Assembly (NCBI RefSeq): GCF_009914755.1
Contig: NC_060941.1
Length of the DNA: 64,000 nt
Direction: 5' to 3' (one strand)
Origin: the human T2T-CHM13v2.0 reference genome, Homo sapiens
Position 1 is the stretch's first letter, and each line of letters begins with the position of its first letter. The translations under genes and the position numbers were made by a program. Positions 1-17,592 of the stretch are shown here, piece by piece. A model generated the notes under the pieces. The model was not told the DNA's origin. It saw only the letters and a program-made list of their open reading frames with translations, and made no database searches.

Positions 1-414
1 GTACTTTCTTTCCTACAACTTCATTTTAGCTTGGCTTTGTTTTTTATATTGTTTGGGGGCTATTTTATTAAGCCCATGGATCCCTCAGACAGGTATACAG
101 CAATAGGGTGAAATAAAAGAGAAGAAATATTTGCTACAGAATGGAGCGAGTAAAGAAAAAGATTATCTTTTGTGGGGAGGCTCTGAAATCCTTGGGTCTC
201 TAGATCAATGCCTTCTCCTCAATTTTCCTTTCAGTTCCCACATATATGGATTGTGGGCAATCAGAAGCTCAAAGTGGAAGCTCTGAAGATGGGATCCTTT
301 CTGGTGTGTTGAAAAATCCCTGGGCTTGTGGGTCAGCAGGATGGGTGTGGTGTCTCTCAGCTATGGGAATGTAAGATTTACATTTTGGGGCCATGGAATT
401 AAACAGATGAGGGT

Positions 415-600
415 GGACTCTTAGCTCTGTGACTTGGTCAAGTTCTTAACCTCCTAATTCAGTTTTCATTTCTAAAATGAAGATAATAATCATATCTACT
501 TCATTCACTGTTTTTAAGGATTAAATGGGATAATTTAAGTAAAGTGCTGAGCACTCGGCCCAGTCCACAGGAAGCACATAGTAAATAATGCAGATGATCA
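415..600 (+). mobile_element. MIR SINE fragment
   Basis: Degenerate MIR core: ctctgtgacttggtcaagttcttaacctc...tcagttttcatttctaaaatgaagataataat...aggattaaatg...taaagtgctgagcac. Confidence 0.75.
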
Positions 601-2136
601 TTATTAATAGAAATTATTATTATTATTACTAGGGAGCTTCCTGTAGTGCCCACTGGGAAACAACATGGTTGTGTGGCTACAGCCTGGGCAGCAGAAGTAG
701 GTGACAAAGGAGAATAAACCAACAGCTTGGCCTCCGGAGCTTTGGGTTTCTGTCTTTGCCCTAATAGTTTCCAGTTTAACTCAGAAAAATCTCCAAACCT
801 CTCTAGATTTTGGTTTGTGTCAGAAGTGTTAAAAAAGTATAATAAAAGCCCCAGGGAGATGATGGACCAGAGAGAAAACTTTATACACTGAACTGTTACG
901 TTATACATGTGAACTATTTTTTGTTATTTGTAACAAATCTGGACAGCCCCTTCCTTTGTACCTCCAGCTCCTGCCTTTTTAATCTCTGATGCCAATCTCT
1001 GAACACTGCTAGGGCAAGCCCAAAGGGGAAAGTTGACTATAACTTGGTGATCTATGCTATGGTGATCTGCGTGGAGACTTTTTGTCAAGTTTATTGTCAC
1101 ATCACACTTTCCCCAGAGCAGCTGTGGGTCACTCCCCTTCCTAACACCCCTACCCTTTTAAATCCTTCTACCTGCAGCATCTGAATGGCATGAAAACATG
1201 GCCTCACTGCCTATGAAACAGACTCGTGTCACATGGGAGGGGTCTCAGTCAATCAGAAAACGAGGGTCAAGGGAAGTTCTGCTGCAACTGCAGAGGTGTG
1301 GCCTCAGTTCTCTTTGGCCGGTTTCTGCAATCTCCTCAAAAAGACAGAAATATGTCTGAGTCCCGCGAAGGAGAATAAAAACAAAGAGATCCTTTTAGCC
1401 TGGAGGAAGAACCAAGCTTGCAAATAGAGAGTCTTGTGCTCAGGCAACATTCTGCCAGCCAAGTTGTAGCTATCTACAGAGATCCTCAGAGGCAGGTCTG
1501 CATGGAATTTACCTGTCGTTGAGCCTGCATCTGGGAGCTTGGAGTGACTATGAAGCACAGAGATGGCTCTTTAAACAAGTATTCCTGCAGCTTGGCATCC
1601 AAAATAATGGTGCCCTTTAAAACAGATGCTACTGGAGGCTATTTCCTTGCAAATGCACTTACTGTATTAATTCCCACTAGGCAAAATATTGGGAATTTTT
1701 CTCTTCACATGGTTTCAGAGGCAGTTACAAATTACAAATAAAAAAGGCATCTAACATTTGGTTGCCAAATTATATTGCCCAACTTTATCAATGATGTAAG
1801 TTATTTTTTCATGAAAACAATAATAATAGAATTTGTTAAGTATGTTAAGTCCCTGAGCTCTGCATTTTTCAACGACATTCAAGGTGGGAACAGTCATCCT
1901 GGGGATAATCCCTACATTTTAGTTGTCACTCCAGTGAGCTTCTCAGTGTAAATTCACACTCAGAATTGTTTAATTCCAAAGTCAATACAATTTCCATTAT
2001 GGTAAAGTGATTGTTTTCCAAGTTTCAATCCATCTTTAAATGACCAAAAATGGCGAGAGAATGTGCTATGAGGAATTCTAAAAGTGATTTTATAAAAGCA
2101 GAATCAAGTTTTATATTTAAAACTTGAGCTGGCTCT

Positions 2137-2449
2137 GGCCAGGCACAGTGGCTCATGCCTGTAATCCCAGCACTTTGGGAGGCCAAGGCAGGCGGATCAT
2201 GAGGTCAGGAGATCGAGACCATCTTGGCTAACATGGTGAAACCCCGTCTCTACTAAAAAAACAAAAAATTAGCCGGGAGTGGTGGCCGGCGGCTGTAGTC
2301 CCAACTACTCAGGAGGCTGAGGCAGGAGAATGGCGTGAACCCGGGAGGCAGAGCTTGCAGTGAGCCGAGATCGCACCACTGCCCTCCAGCCTAGGTAACA
2401 GAGCGAGACTCCATCTCAAAAACAAAAACAAACAAACAAACAAAAAGAC
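2137..2449 (+). mobile_element. AluY-type SINE, full length, 18-bp TSD
   Basis: Dimeric Alu from ggccaggcacagtggctc; AluY-like gatcgagaccatc and gaatggcgtgaacccgggaggcagagcttgcagtg; (AAAC)n tail; perfect TSD aaaacttgagctggctct at 2119-2136 and 2450-2467. Confidence 0.95.
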
Positions 2450-3527
2450 AAAACTTGAGCTGGCTCTATTGAAGTAAGTGTATGTACACACGTAATATAT
2501 AACTACTTTAAAGGGGAGGTTTTCTCATTTCCTATCACACATTACATATGTTTATTTGGAAAAAATATTTTCTTCCTAAACTGTAACCTATGAGTTTTTT
2601 TCTCTGATGCTCTTTGGTTTTTTATTTTTAGCTTGAAAGATATTTCTAGATATGTTTGTTGGAAGTTAATTCATTAATTCAGCAGACCAGCATGCGCAGG
2701 TGCATAGTGTGGCCCGCAGTCTGATCCAAGGCAACTGTTCATATCTCCAAGCATTCTTTCTGTCTTTCTTTATCTGATGCTTGGGTATCCTTCCACCTCA
2801 GCCTGCTCACCATTTACAATAGAAAGCAAAACTTAATAAAATTCTTAAAGGTGGTGTAAATTGCACTAAAGAGCAGAGCTTCGAGTTCTCATCAGGAAGG
2901 ATGACCCAAACTTAAACGAAGAAGTGGGTGTGAAGGAACCTGTACAGTGCTTGGCACAGAGAAAACACTCTAAAGTATTGACTTCGTTTTTTTTCTTCCA
3001 TAAATCATCTGCTTTACATCTCATGTGTGTACATGGGGTAAAATAAGTCTTACTTCAGGAAAAATTCTTTAAAAGGACAAGTTGTGAGTCTACTTCTCTA
3101 GATATTCCCAGCTCTTTCTCAGAATCACTCAGATGGATTACAAAGTGAATATGCAGAGCCTCTTGACCAGTGATTACCCACTCTCCTCCATGAAACTTAG
3201 GGCTTTACGAGCTATCTTTCAGAGTTTCTCAAAGGACTTAGTGGTTTTAAAAGCTATAGTTCCTTAATCTAGCCAAAGACATTGGGAAAAAAAAGCATAA
3301 ATGTTTTTAATCAATCTGTTACACTTGGAAAGACAATGAAGCAGGAACCTCCAGCTCACCTTGGTTCAAATTTCAATTTGACTGCCTACCAGCTGCATGA
3401 TCTTAGGAAAGGCATTGTACTTTGTTATATATAGTTACACAAATATGCATGTATATATACACATACATCATATATACACATTTCTATATATAGCTATACG
3501 GTATCTGTATATACACACGCATATATA

Positions 3528-3532
<5 letters not shown>

Positions 3533-3566
<34 letters not shown>
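3533..3566. repeat. (GT)n microsatellite in a TA/CA-rich tract
   Basis: 17 uninterrupted GT units. Confidence 0.95.
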
Positions 3567-3569
<3 letters not shown>

Positions 3570-4879
3570 GAGAGATTAGATACAGTGAAGAGATAATTGA
3601 GCTTATGACACAGGAGAGACTACCTAAAAATACCTGTTTCCCTGTTTTTCCTATTCGCTTTTCAACTAGGTAGGTCTCTAGAGAGTGGGAAGGAAATGCT
3701 CTGAACATGTCCCATTGAGACAGATTATGAGAAGAGACAATTCAACTGTGGTCCCACAGCCAAGAAAAAATGTACATTCAGTCCTAGGCCATCTCCCATC
3801 CTCCAAAACCAAACCACCAATCCAGAGCCCAAATCCTGCCCTCCCTATGGAATTATTCCTTCTGTTCATCTCCCATGTGGCAAAAGAAAAGGAAGCTCCA
3901 GATTTCCTGATTATCTGTTGAACATTCAAGGAAGACAATCAGCATAAATCATAGTTTTGCTTAGAAACCCCAATCTCCATCCAACAACAACAATGCAATT
4001 ATAATTTCCATTTTAGAATTCTTTTTTATGTATTTCCCTCTTTTGTGAGTATGTATAATGCAATCATGAAAATAAGACCAACTTTAAAATAATATTTAAA
4101 GTTCAGAATCTGTCAGTGGAATGGCCAGATTCTATTGTGGTGAACTCCCTTAGGAGAATCACATCCTATGGGGTCAGATTTTTCTCCTGCTTCACCCCCT
4201 TTTTTATTAGACACGCTACTCTGACAGTCAAGTTCATGAATCCTGCATCATAATACCTGTCTCTATATTCCTTTTGAGGGCAGACTCTTCAGAAATGCAA
4301 TAACAAAATTATCAGATGATTAAGATGACAAATGCAAGAAGCCCTTTGACGCCAATAGTGTGAAGCAAAGATGGTTACCAGGCAGAGAGCATTGGCTATT
4401 AAGGAGGAAAATCAAAGGATGAGAAGGGAAGCTCAAAAAAGATACTGAAGGGGCACATGGTAATAAAAATGGTCTCTGGTGCTGAAGGAATTCTGGGATA
4501 CAATAACTTAACAAACAACCAAGACCTTTGGATTGTAGAGTTTAGTACCATAAAGTCTTGCTACATTCTTGCTTGCTGTTTTCTTTTTCTTTATTATTTT
4601 TAACATCCCATAATGTGCTGGCCTGAGGAATTAGCATTGCTTTAATAGATGTAATTTTGTTACCCATGGACACTTAAAAATGGTCAGGCCATGTGGGCCC
4701 AGGTCATGATTTATGATGGCTTCCAATTCTTTCTGAACATTGTTTTTTGTGATAACCAGCTTTAAAAGTCTAAATGGTCTTTTTCAGGGGATAATGCAGA
4801 ATGTATAAAAGGTATCTATTCTTTCTGCCTACACCTGGATATGATAATAGTAGTATTTAACAAAAGGCTTTAATATATA

Positions 4880-5330
4880 CATGTAGAAGAACACATTCAC
4901 AGCCCCAATTCTTCACTTCTCCACATAACTGCTTCTTTTGCTATGTGACTTTTCAGTTCTGCCCATCAAAGAGATAGAGTATGGACTGTAGGTGACTTTG
5001 GCTACAGCTTCATGACTTGCTGTGGCCAGTTGGATGTTAATGTGAGTGATGTGACCAACACATTGAAAAGCACTTGTACAGTTGGTGTTGGTCTTTTCTT
5101 TTTGCCAGTTATTGTTGTGAGAAGGGCATCAGTGGGCTTGTCTGACATCCTGGAGAAGGATGAAAGACACAAGAAACAGAACTGTTCTGATTAAGCCCAG
5201 CCTCAGGCACTGACTCCCGGGCAGTGCACAGGCATGCGAGCCAAAGAGATTCTTATCATCGTGTTGCTGTTATACACTACTGAGCTTTTGTGGTCATTTG
5301 TTTCACACCATTGTTGTCAGAAATAGATGT
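4880..5330 (+). mobile_element. Old MaLR (MLT1-family) LTR remnant
   Basis: ctttgctatgtgacttttcagttctgcccatcaaagagatagagt near the start and ccattgttgtcagaaatagat near the end resemble MLT1 LTRs; boundaries approximate. Confidence 0.55.
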
Positions 5331-6319
5331 TACCTATAACCTAAGACCTACCTGACCTGTGAAAGACAGACACATTTGTCACATTTTTAAAGTAGCATTG
5401 ACACTTGAGTTGCTTTTCTGTTGAGCTTCTCCATGTGTTTTTTTGTTGCTTATAATCTAGTTGCCTTCCCCACTCTCACCAGCCTTCCCTGGTCTTGTCT
5501 CCTCTGCTTTTATTTCTAGGGGACTGACATCTCTAAACTGTATTTCTTGTATTCTCTTGTACTCTGGCTTATGTTTGCGTTTGGCCAATGGTTGATATTA
5601 GAAGGTAGGAGGAGAGATCAGTCTTTAACTTCTTCATTTTCTTCCTGCCTTGCTGCAGTTCTAAGAGTGGTTGTATTCCTTTATAGTTACAGCTCCTGTT
5701 GAACAGCACCCTGTCCATGTCCATGGTCTAAGCTTACGCTGGGCTCCAATAACTGTGTTCCCTCCTCTTACCTGCAGGCTGGGGTGAAGACAGGGTATGA
5801 GGTGTGTGTATGTGTGTGTTTGTGGGTGACAATTTTCCTTGTTGCTTATTTCTAGGGATCTCATAATCCCTTGGTGAATTCTCTTGACTCTGTGTATAAC
5901 TCAATGCCCAGTTTCTTTATTACAAATTACTTAGGGTGTGATTTTTTTTTTTTACAGTACCACCTATTTCCTGTTGAGACCCACCTTCTACATAGTTTAA
6001 ATTGTACCTATTCCAAACTTCCAACAAGTATTTCGTAGAGATTCCTTAAAACAATTACAAAATCTCTGTAATTACTAATTACTAGCTCCTGTGCTTTGTA
6101 AAAAAATGAATATTATATATTATTTTCAAATTACACTGAAACAAATCAGTTTATTTGACACTCACAATATAACCTGATTGACCTCACTCAGTGAGCTGGT
6201 CAAGGCAAGAACTTTTCTCTATGGAGATGTGGAACTGAGGCATAGAATTTATTTCTAATTACTATTATTTTTATTATTTGATATAAGAATGAGATCACAA
6301 AGCTTGGCTTATGGTACTT

Positions 6320-8120
6320 TTTAAAAAACTGTGGTAAGAAACACATATTATAAAACTTACCATCTTAATTATTTGTAAGTGTACAGACAGTTATGTTGAG
6401 TATATTTACATTGTTGTGAAGCCAATCTCCAGAGCTTTTTTTCTTGCAGAAGTGAAGATCTGTATCTATTAAACAACTCCCCCTTCTTTTCCTCTCTCCA
6501 TCCATGAGTAACAACCATTTTATTTTGTGTTTCTATGAATTTTGACTACATTAGGTACCTCATATAAGTGAAATCATATAGTATTTGGCTTTTTGTGACT
6601 GGCTTATTTAACTTAGAATAAATGTCCTCAAGGTTCCCCTCACGTTGCTGTATATGACAAGATCTCCTTCTGTTTACAATGCTTACTAATAACCCATTAT
6701 ATGTATATGGTACATTTTATTTGTCCATTTATCCACTGATGAACATTTAGGTTGTTTTCACATCTTGGCTACTTTGAATAATAGTCCAATGATCCTGGGA
6801 GTGCCAATATCTCTTTGAGATTCTAATTTTAATTATTTTGGCTAAATACCCAGAAGTGGAATTTCTGGGGCATATGACAGTTCTACTTTTAGATTTTTTT
6901 GAATCTGTATTGAATCTGGAGATCACTTTGGATAGTATGAACATCTTAACATTATTGTCTCCCAATTTATAAACCTGGGATGTCTTTTCATGTATTTGTG
7001 TATTTTTAAAAAATTTGTTTCAACAATGTCATATGGTTTTCAGTGTACAAGTCTCTTTGGTCTCCTGGGCTGTTTATTCATAAGTATTTTATTATTTTTG
7101 GTGTTACTATAGGATTGGTTTTTTAATTTAATTTTTAAAGTTTAGTTTTTAGTGTATAAAATCAAACTGATTTTTGCATATTAATTTTGTATTCTGAAAC
7201 TTTAATTTATTAGTTCTAAGTTTGTGTGTGTGTGTGTGTGAGTGTGTGTGTAGTTTTTACTATTTTCTACATATAAGATCATGTAATCTGCTAACAGAGT
7301 TAATTTTACTTCTTCCATTTTGATTTGAATACCTTTTATTTCTTACTATTGCCTGCTTGCTCTTGCTAGGAATTACAGTACTATGTTGAATAGAAGTGGT
7401 GAGAATAGGCATCCTTGCTTTGTTCCTTATCACAGAGGAAAAGCTTTCAGTTTTTGAATACTGACTATGATGGTAGTTGTGAGCTTTTCATATATGACCT
7501 TTATTTTGTTGAAGTAAATTTTTTGATAAGAAGTTTGTTGAAAGTTTTTATCATCAAAGGGTATTGAATTTTGTCAAATGCATTTTCTGCATCTATTCAG
7601 ATAACCATGTGGTTTTCATTCTTTGTTTTGTTAATATGGTGTACTACATTGGTTGATTTTAGAATGTTGAACCACCCTTGCATCCCAGGGATAAATCCCA
7701 CTTGGCCATTTTTAAATTGGGTTAAATTTCTCAGTTTGCTTTTTTTGTTGTTGAGTTGTTGTTCTTTGTTTATCCCAGATGTTAATTTCTTATAGATATA
7801 TGATTTGCAAATATTTTTCCCATTCCATAGGTTGCTTTTTTACTCTGTTGATTGTGCCCTTTTATGCACAAAAGTTTGCAAGTTTTATGTTGTTCCATTT
7901 GTTTGCTTGCTTCTTTTCTGTGTTCTTCATGTTATAGCTAAGAAATCATTACCATGTCTAATGTCATAAAGCTTTTCCCCTATGTTTTCTTTTAGAAGTT
8001 TTAAAGTTTGAGGTCATACATTTAGTTCTTTCATCAATTTTGAGTTAATTTTTGTATATGATGTAAGGTAAGGGTCTAACTTCTTTTTTTCTTTGCATAT
8101 GTATATTCAATTTTCCCAAT
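6320..8120 (-). mobile_element. Old L1 (L1MA/L1MB-like) fragments: 3' end plus ORF2 pieces
   Basis: Antisense L1 motifs catataagtgaaatcatatagtatttg, aaatacccagaagtggaatttctggg, cagtactatgttgaatagaagtggtgagaataggcatccttg and tttgcaaatattttttcccattcc; no long open frame. Confidence 0.85.
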
Positions 8121-8744
8121 ATCAAGGCATATATACATATTTTTAGTTAGCAACAGAACTAATAATCTAATATCTAATATCAATCTAATAATTAATATCA
8201 ATCTCATATTGTGCATGCATATTTGACATTTTTGATAAACAATTCTAATATTAGGTGGATTTGGGATAAAAACTGCTGTATCTATTTGGACAGCTATAGA
8301 GTGAACTCTTCCTCTAGTTTCCTCTAGCCCCCTGAATTTAGATAAGCTGTAGAACATTGTACCTCTAACCTTATAGCATCATCTTAACCCTATTATTTTC
8401 CTTTTTTGAACCTTAATATTGTATTTCTACCCAGTTTTACTTTTTACTGATTCCTTCTTATATGGATTTATATTTGTAGGTGACTTATTTGATTGACATC
8501 CTGAAACCTCCCACCTTTCCCTACTTCCTTACAGTTACTATGTACCACTCAACTGGGATAACTCCTTTTGACTTTCTCACATCTTCAATTTCTCAAAGAT
8601 GAAATCATGGAGTCCTTAAAATAAGATAGAACATAACTACTCAAAAGAAGATAGAGATCTAATATTAATATAGTTAGAAATAATTAGAAAAACCAAGCAT
8701 TTTGGGAAAAAAAAGAAAAAGGAAAAGAAACTAGCATTTATCCT

Positions 8745-9860
8745 ATAAAAATCCCAGAAGAAAATCTAGAAAAAACTCTTCCAGACATCAGCCTAAGACA
8801 AGAATTTATGACAAAGACCCCAAAAGCAAATTTAACAAGCCAAAAATAGACAAATGGGACTTAATTAAATGAAAAAGGTTCTGCACGTCAAAAGAAATAA
8901 TCAATAGAATAAACAGGTAACCTACAGCATGGGAGAAAATATGTGCAAATTATGCCTCCAACAAAGGATTAATATCCAGAATCTCCAAAGAACTTAAACA
9001 GCTCAATAAGAAAAAAAGCAACCAATCTCATTAAAAACTGGGCAAAGGACATGAACAGGCATTTTTCAAAAGAAGAAATACAAGTAGCCAAAAAACACAT
9101 GAAAAAATGCTCAACATCACTTATCAGAGAAATGTGAATTAAAACTACACTGAGATATTACGTTAAACCAATCAGAATGGCTACTATTAAAAAGTCAAGA
9201 ACAACAAATGTTGGCATGGATGCAGAAAAGGGAACACTTATATGCAATTGGTAGGAATACAAATTAGTTTAACCTCTGTGGAAAACAGTATGGATCTATC
9301 TTAAATAACTAAAAGTAGAATTACCATTCAACTCAGTATTCCCACTACTAGATATCTATCCAAAGGAAATGATATCATTACATAAAAAATACACTTGCAC
9401 TCGTATGTTTATTGCAGCACTACTGACAAAAGCAAAGCCATAGGAACCAACTTAGGTGTCCACCAATGGTTGACTGGCTAAAGAAAATGTGATGCATATA
9501 TACCACAGAATACTATGCAGCCATAAAAAGAACGAAATCATGTGTTTTGCAGCAATATGAATAGAGCTGAAAACATTGTCCTCAGTGAACTAACTCAGAA
9601 GCAGAAAAATATTGCATGTTGTCACTCATAAGTGGGAGCTAAACAATAGGAACACATGGACCTAAAGATGGAGATAATAGACACTGGAGACTCCAAAAAG
9701 TGGGGAGGATGAGAAGGAGGTAAGGGTTGAAAAATTACTTATTGGGTACAATATTTGGACAATAGGTACACTAGAGACCCAAGTCCCACCACAATGCAAT
9801 ATACCCATGTAACAAACAAATACATATACCCCCTGAATCTAAAATAAAAATAATTTTAAA
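8745..9860 (+). mobile_element. 5'-truncated L1 (L1PB/L1MA-type 3' end)
   Basis: ORF2 C-terminal remnant (gacaaatgggacttaattaaa, catgaacaggcatttttcaaaagaag) followed by a 3'UTR ending ccccctgaatctaaaataaaaa. Confidence 0.9.
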
Positions 9861-10264
9861 AGATAAATTATAAAAGAATAACACATTCATTCTACAAACT
9901 GATGTGATATCACCACTTTAGATCCCGGGTAACTAGTTTCTACTCAACGTGAGCACTTATCCAAAAGAGTACTTACTTTACCAGTTGAACAACACTTTAT
10001 AAAACTGGTATTATTTGATCTTACCATTTTGCTTTCTTTTGTATATGAATCCTGGCTTCTCTTATCCCTTGAACCAGTGTATCTCTAAATAGAATCCATG
10101 GACCCATCAAACGTGAATCCTCTGGGTTACTTACAAAATACTTATCCTGTGTCTGTCTCATTGCAGACTTCTTGGTTTAAAATAAGCAAATATTAAGAAA
10201 GTTTGAGAATAATTTTCTGAAATGTTGTTTTACTAGTAGTACTACTCTCATCCCTGTGCCCAAT

Positions 10265-10821
10265 TTTCTTTTTTCTGAGTTGGAGGTCCCACTGTATCTC
10301 CCAGGCTATAGTGCAGTGGCACAATCATGGCTTACTGCAGCCTCCAACTCCTCCATGCCTGGCTAAGTTTAAAAAAATTTAGAGATGGGGTCTCCCTATC
10401 TCTACATAAAAAATTTTTTATTACATAAAAAATACACTTGCACTCATATGTTTATTGCAGCACTACTGACAAAAGCAAACCCATAGGAACCAACTTAGGT
10501 GTCCACCAATGGTTGACTGGCTAAAGAAAATGTGATGTATATATACCACAGAATACTATGCAGCCATAAAAAGAATGAAATCATGTGTTTTGCAGCAATA
10601 TGAATAGAGCTGAAAGCATTGTCCTCAGTGAACTAACTCAGAAGCAGAAAAATATTGCATGTTGTCACTCATAAGTGGGAGCTAAACAATAGGAACACAT
10701 GGACGTAAAGATGGAGCAATGTGGGCAACAGCCCACATTGGTCTCGAACTCCTGGCCACAATCCTTGTGCCACAGCCTTCCAAATTACTGGGATTACAGG
10801 TATGAGCCACTGTGTCTGGCC
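10265..10821 (-). mobile_element. AluJ-like SINE with right-arm deletion, interrupted at 10400-10730
   Basis: Antisense Alu (ccaggctatagtgcagtggcacaatcatggcttactgcagcctc; agagatggggtctccctat | gcccacattggtctcgaactcctgg; gggattacaggtatgagccactgtgtctggcc) split by an insertion. Confidence 0.88.
10420..10716 (+). repeat. 297-bp direct copy of 9377-9673 (L1-derived)
   Basis: Ungapped alignment to 9377-9673 with 6 mismatches by eye (~98%). Confidence 0.95.
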
Positions 10822-13310
10822 ATTTTTTTAAAAAATGTGTTTCCTAACTTGACTTAGAGGTTCATCTGAAATTCCAACTATTATTTTATGTGCTGATCTT
10901 GTTGACTAATTCCTGGTAACTTTATCCTCTTTTCCTGCAATAGCAAAATTCCCTACATCTGAGGGCAAACTTCTTCTTGTATTTACTTGTTCCACACAGT
11001 GCATGCATTCAACAGGTCTCTGTCATTTCATCCTGGCTACCATCCTCTTTACTGGACTTGCATTAATTGTCAATGTGGCATAAACGTTTATTGCTTATCG
11101 AACAGCCATGCACTCCTGCATATTTCTCAGCAACCTTGCAGTGAGGCATGCCATAAAACTGCTTTGGCCAGGGGAATATAAAGGGGAAAATGTATCATTT
11201 TCAGAATAAAATATTTAAAAGTTGGTGTTCAACCCGTCATATCTCCTTTCCCCATAAAGAACCACCTAACAAGTTCACAACAGCCTGAATTACAGTCACT
11301 TAGAGCAGCACAGCTTCTCTAGAGATCTCTTCTTCCAACTCACATCAGAATTTGCATGAACATGCAATACATCTTTATTGTGTTACACCACAGAGATTAC
11401 AGGGCCAATGTTACCACAGCTCAGCTTAGTCTATACCCACTAACATAGTTAATGTAACATATTAACCTCTTGGTTTGCCATATTAGGCTTTGCAGTTCTA
11501 GTGAGTTTGTTATGCAAATGAGTCTTTTCCTATCTTTGTTGACTGTTTAGCTTTGAACAGATTAATATAAGACATATACAATCTGCAAGGCGTTTCCAGT
11601 AACTTAGGCTTGTAGTCATTGATACTTATAATAGACCTTACTAAGTCTCATGCAGAGCATTGATTACAACATTTACTTCTTTTTGTTTACCTGAGTCCCT
11701 CCATGTCTTTAATGAGTTCTGGCTTCTATGACTCTACCTTCCAATTCTAAGTAAAACTCTTCTCCTGGGTACCTTAAATAAGACCGTTATAGATTAAGGA
11801 GTCAATGCTACCCCAGGGAACATATAGTACATTTTAGAACTTAGGTATTCTTCCAGTCAGAGCAATATAGTCAGTAACTGGATCATTTTTACCTCTCTGA
11901 TGTGGATACTAGACCAATGCCTTAGAAATAATAGGTGCTTAATGCATGATCGTTAGAATATATTTGTAAACGTATTCATCTCTTTATTTTGGGGGGATTA
12001 CTTGCCACTTGAGGGAAGGGACTATATCTTATGTTTAAGTTCCTCACGATGTCTTGTTCATATTAGGCACTTGGTAAACATTTAATTTCAATTTAGCAAG
12101 TAAGTCTATGTTCAAATTGAAGAGGGTTAGCACCTGGGGATGAGATGTGACTAGTGAGCCTCCATCTGCTTTTGATTCTGATGAATTAGTGCCAATGAAA
12201 TGTCCAGAAGCAACATCTCAGTGAACGATTTATTTACTGTATTTCCTGCTCCTCCCACATTCAATATTTAGCCACAACATTTATTGGACAATAAGAATAG
12301 CAAACAAATATTTAAAGCCTCTAATTTCAGTTTGGCTTACTTTTGAAAATTAACACTCTGGCTTTTAAATGTCAGTCAAATCAATACAGACTCAAGACTC
12401 ACAATTACCTTTCATAAAATAAATTTAATTTTTGAGTAAACACATATATACACTTGTTTATATATGAGTATATATATATTCATTTTTGAAAATAAGCTAA
12501 TTCTGCTTTAATGTTTACCTTTACTACAGGAAAGTTTCCACATAAAAATGTTGTTACTCTTGGAAAAAAAAATCACTGCACCTTTGGTATTTAAAATGAT
12601 TTGCAAATTATTGTGATTTATTGCTGGTATAGCTGGAATTTCTCTGATCATATTTTCTCATGTAACTAAATAGATATTTTCCCATTCATTTATCTACTGA
12701 ATGGCCCTTGCTCTGATGACATGAACATAATAATTAACAATTCAATATGTCTTCTTCATCTAGAATCAATTAATTATTGTATTTAGTAATGTGCTTTACT
12801 CCACTATGAGGCATTCTTTCTGCTTGATGAATAGTGTTGTAAACATTATAAAACAACTTGTAGCTTTTTCTATAATTTCTACTTACATATGGAGTTGTAA
12901 GCAATTTTAATATGAATGTTAAAAATCTGAATATACATCATTATTTAAAAAAATACAAGTTTAAAAGTATTTTTGGTTGAGTTTTTAATATTCTTCAAGT
13001 TCAAACATTACATTTTTGACTGTTTAAATGTACCTAGTGTGTAGTAAGTGCCTACTAGGTACCCAACAGAGTGATAGACTTAAGAAATGAGGAAAAGGAT
13101 CCAGAGAGAAATCCCTGCTTTGATGGAACTCATGATACAGTCAATACGATGTGCATAAACTCAAAATACCATGGTAAATACTCTTATAAGGTTACTTAGG
13201 AGGAGAGCAGAGGGGTTGGACCTAACATCACTTGAGGGTGGGTTGAGGTAGAAGGGAGTGAACAAGGAGAAAGTGTGGGGTCAGGGACAAGCTGAAAACT
13301 GTTATTTCTT

Positions 13311-13330
13311 TCTTTTTTTTTTTTTTTTTT
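13311..13330 (-). repeat. Terminal poly(A) tail of the L1+transduction insertion
   Basis: T-tract directly abutting the left TSD (13296-13310); AATAAA on the minus strand at 13357-13362. Confidence 0.9.
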
Positions 13331-13512
13331 ATAACTTAACAGTTTTCTTTTTCACATTTATTACTTTTTTTTTTAAGTAGAGAAATACAGAGTAAAGTCA
13401 GGATGGAAAGGAAGCCATTATTACACTTCTTACCTAACGGTCACCAATGTGGTAACTGAAATTTAATGCTAGTAAGAAGCTTTGGATACAATGAAGGTGT
13501 GTGCATCATCTG
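13331..13512 (-). other. L1 3'-transduced non-L1 sequence (182 bp)
   Basis: Non-L1 sequence between two A-tails (13311-13330 and 13513-13572), inside the TSD pair aaactgttatttctt (13296-13310 / 19580-19594). Confidence 0.9.
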
Positions 13513-13779
13513 TTTTTTTTTTGTTGTTTTTGTTTTTCATTTTTTATTTATTATTATTTTTTTCTTTTTTTTAAATATACTTTTAAGTTTTAGGGTACAT
13601 GTGCACATTCTGCAGGTTAGTTACATATGTATACATGTGCCATGCTGGTACACTGCACCCACTAACTCGTCATCTAGCATTAGGTATATCTCCCAATGCT
13701 ATCCCTCCGCCCTGCCCCCACCCCACAACAGTCCCCAGAGTGTGATATTCCCCTTCCTGTGTCCATGTGATCTCATTGT

Positions 13780-17592
<3,813 letters not shown>

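Noticed and set aside
501-908. 135-aa ORF as a host gene
   Set aside because: Its C-terminal part runs through a MIR and an (ATT)n tract; no recognisable domain or exon structure.
6320-8120. Scrambled order of old L1 fragments as a special rearrangement
   Set aside because: Equally explained by independent nested or fragmented insertions; junctions are too decayed to read.
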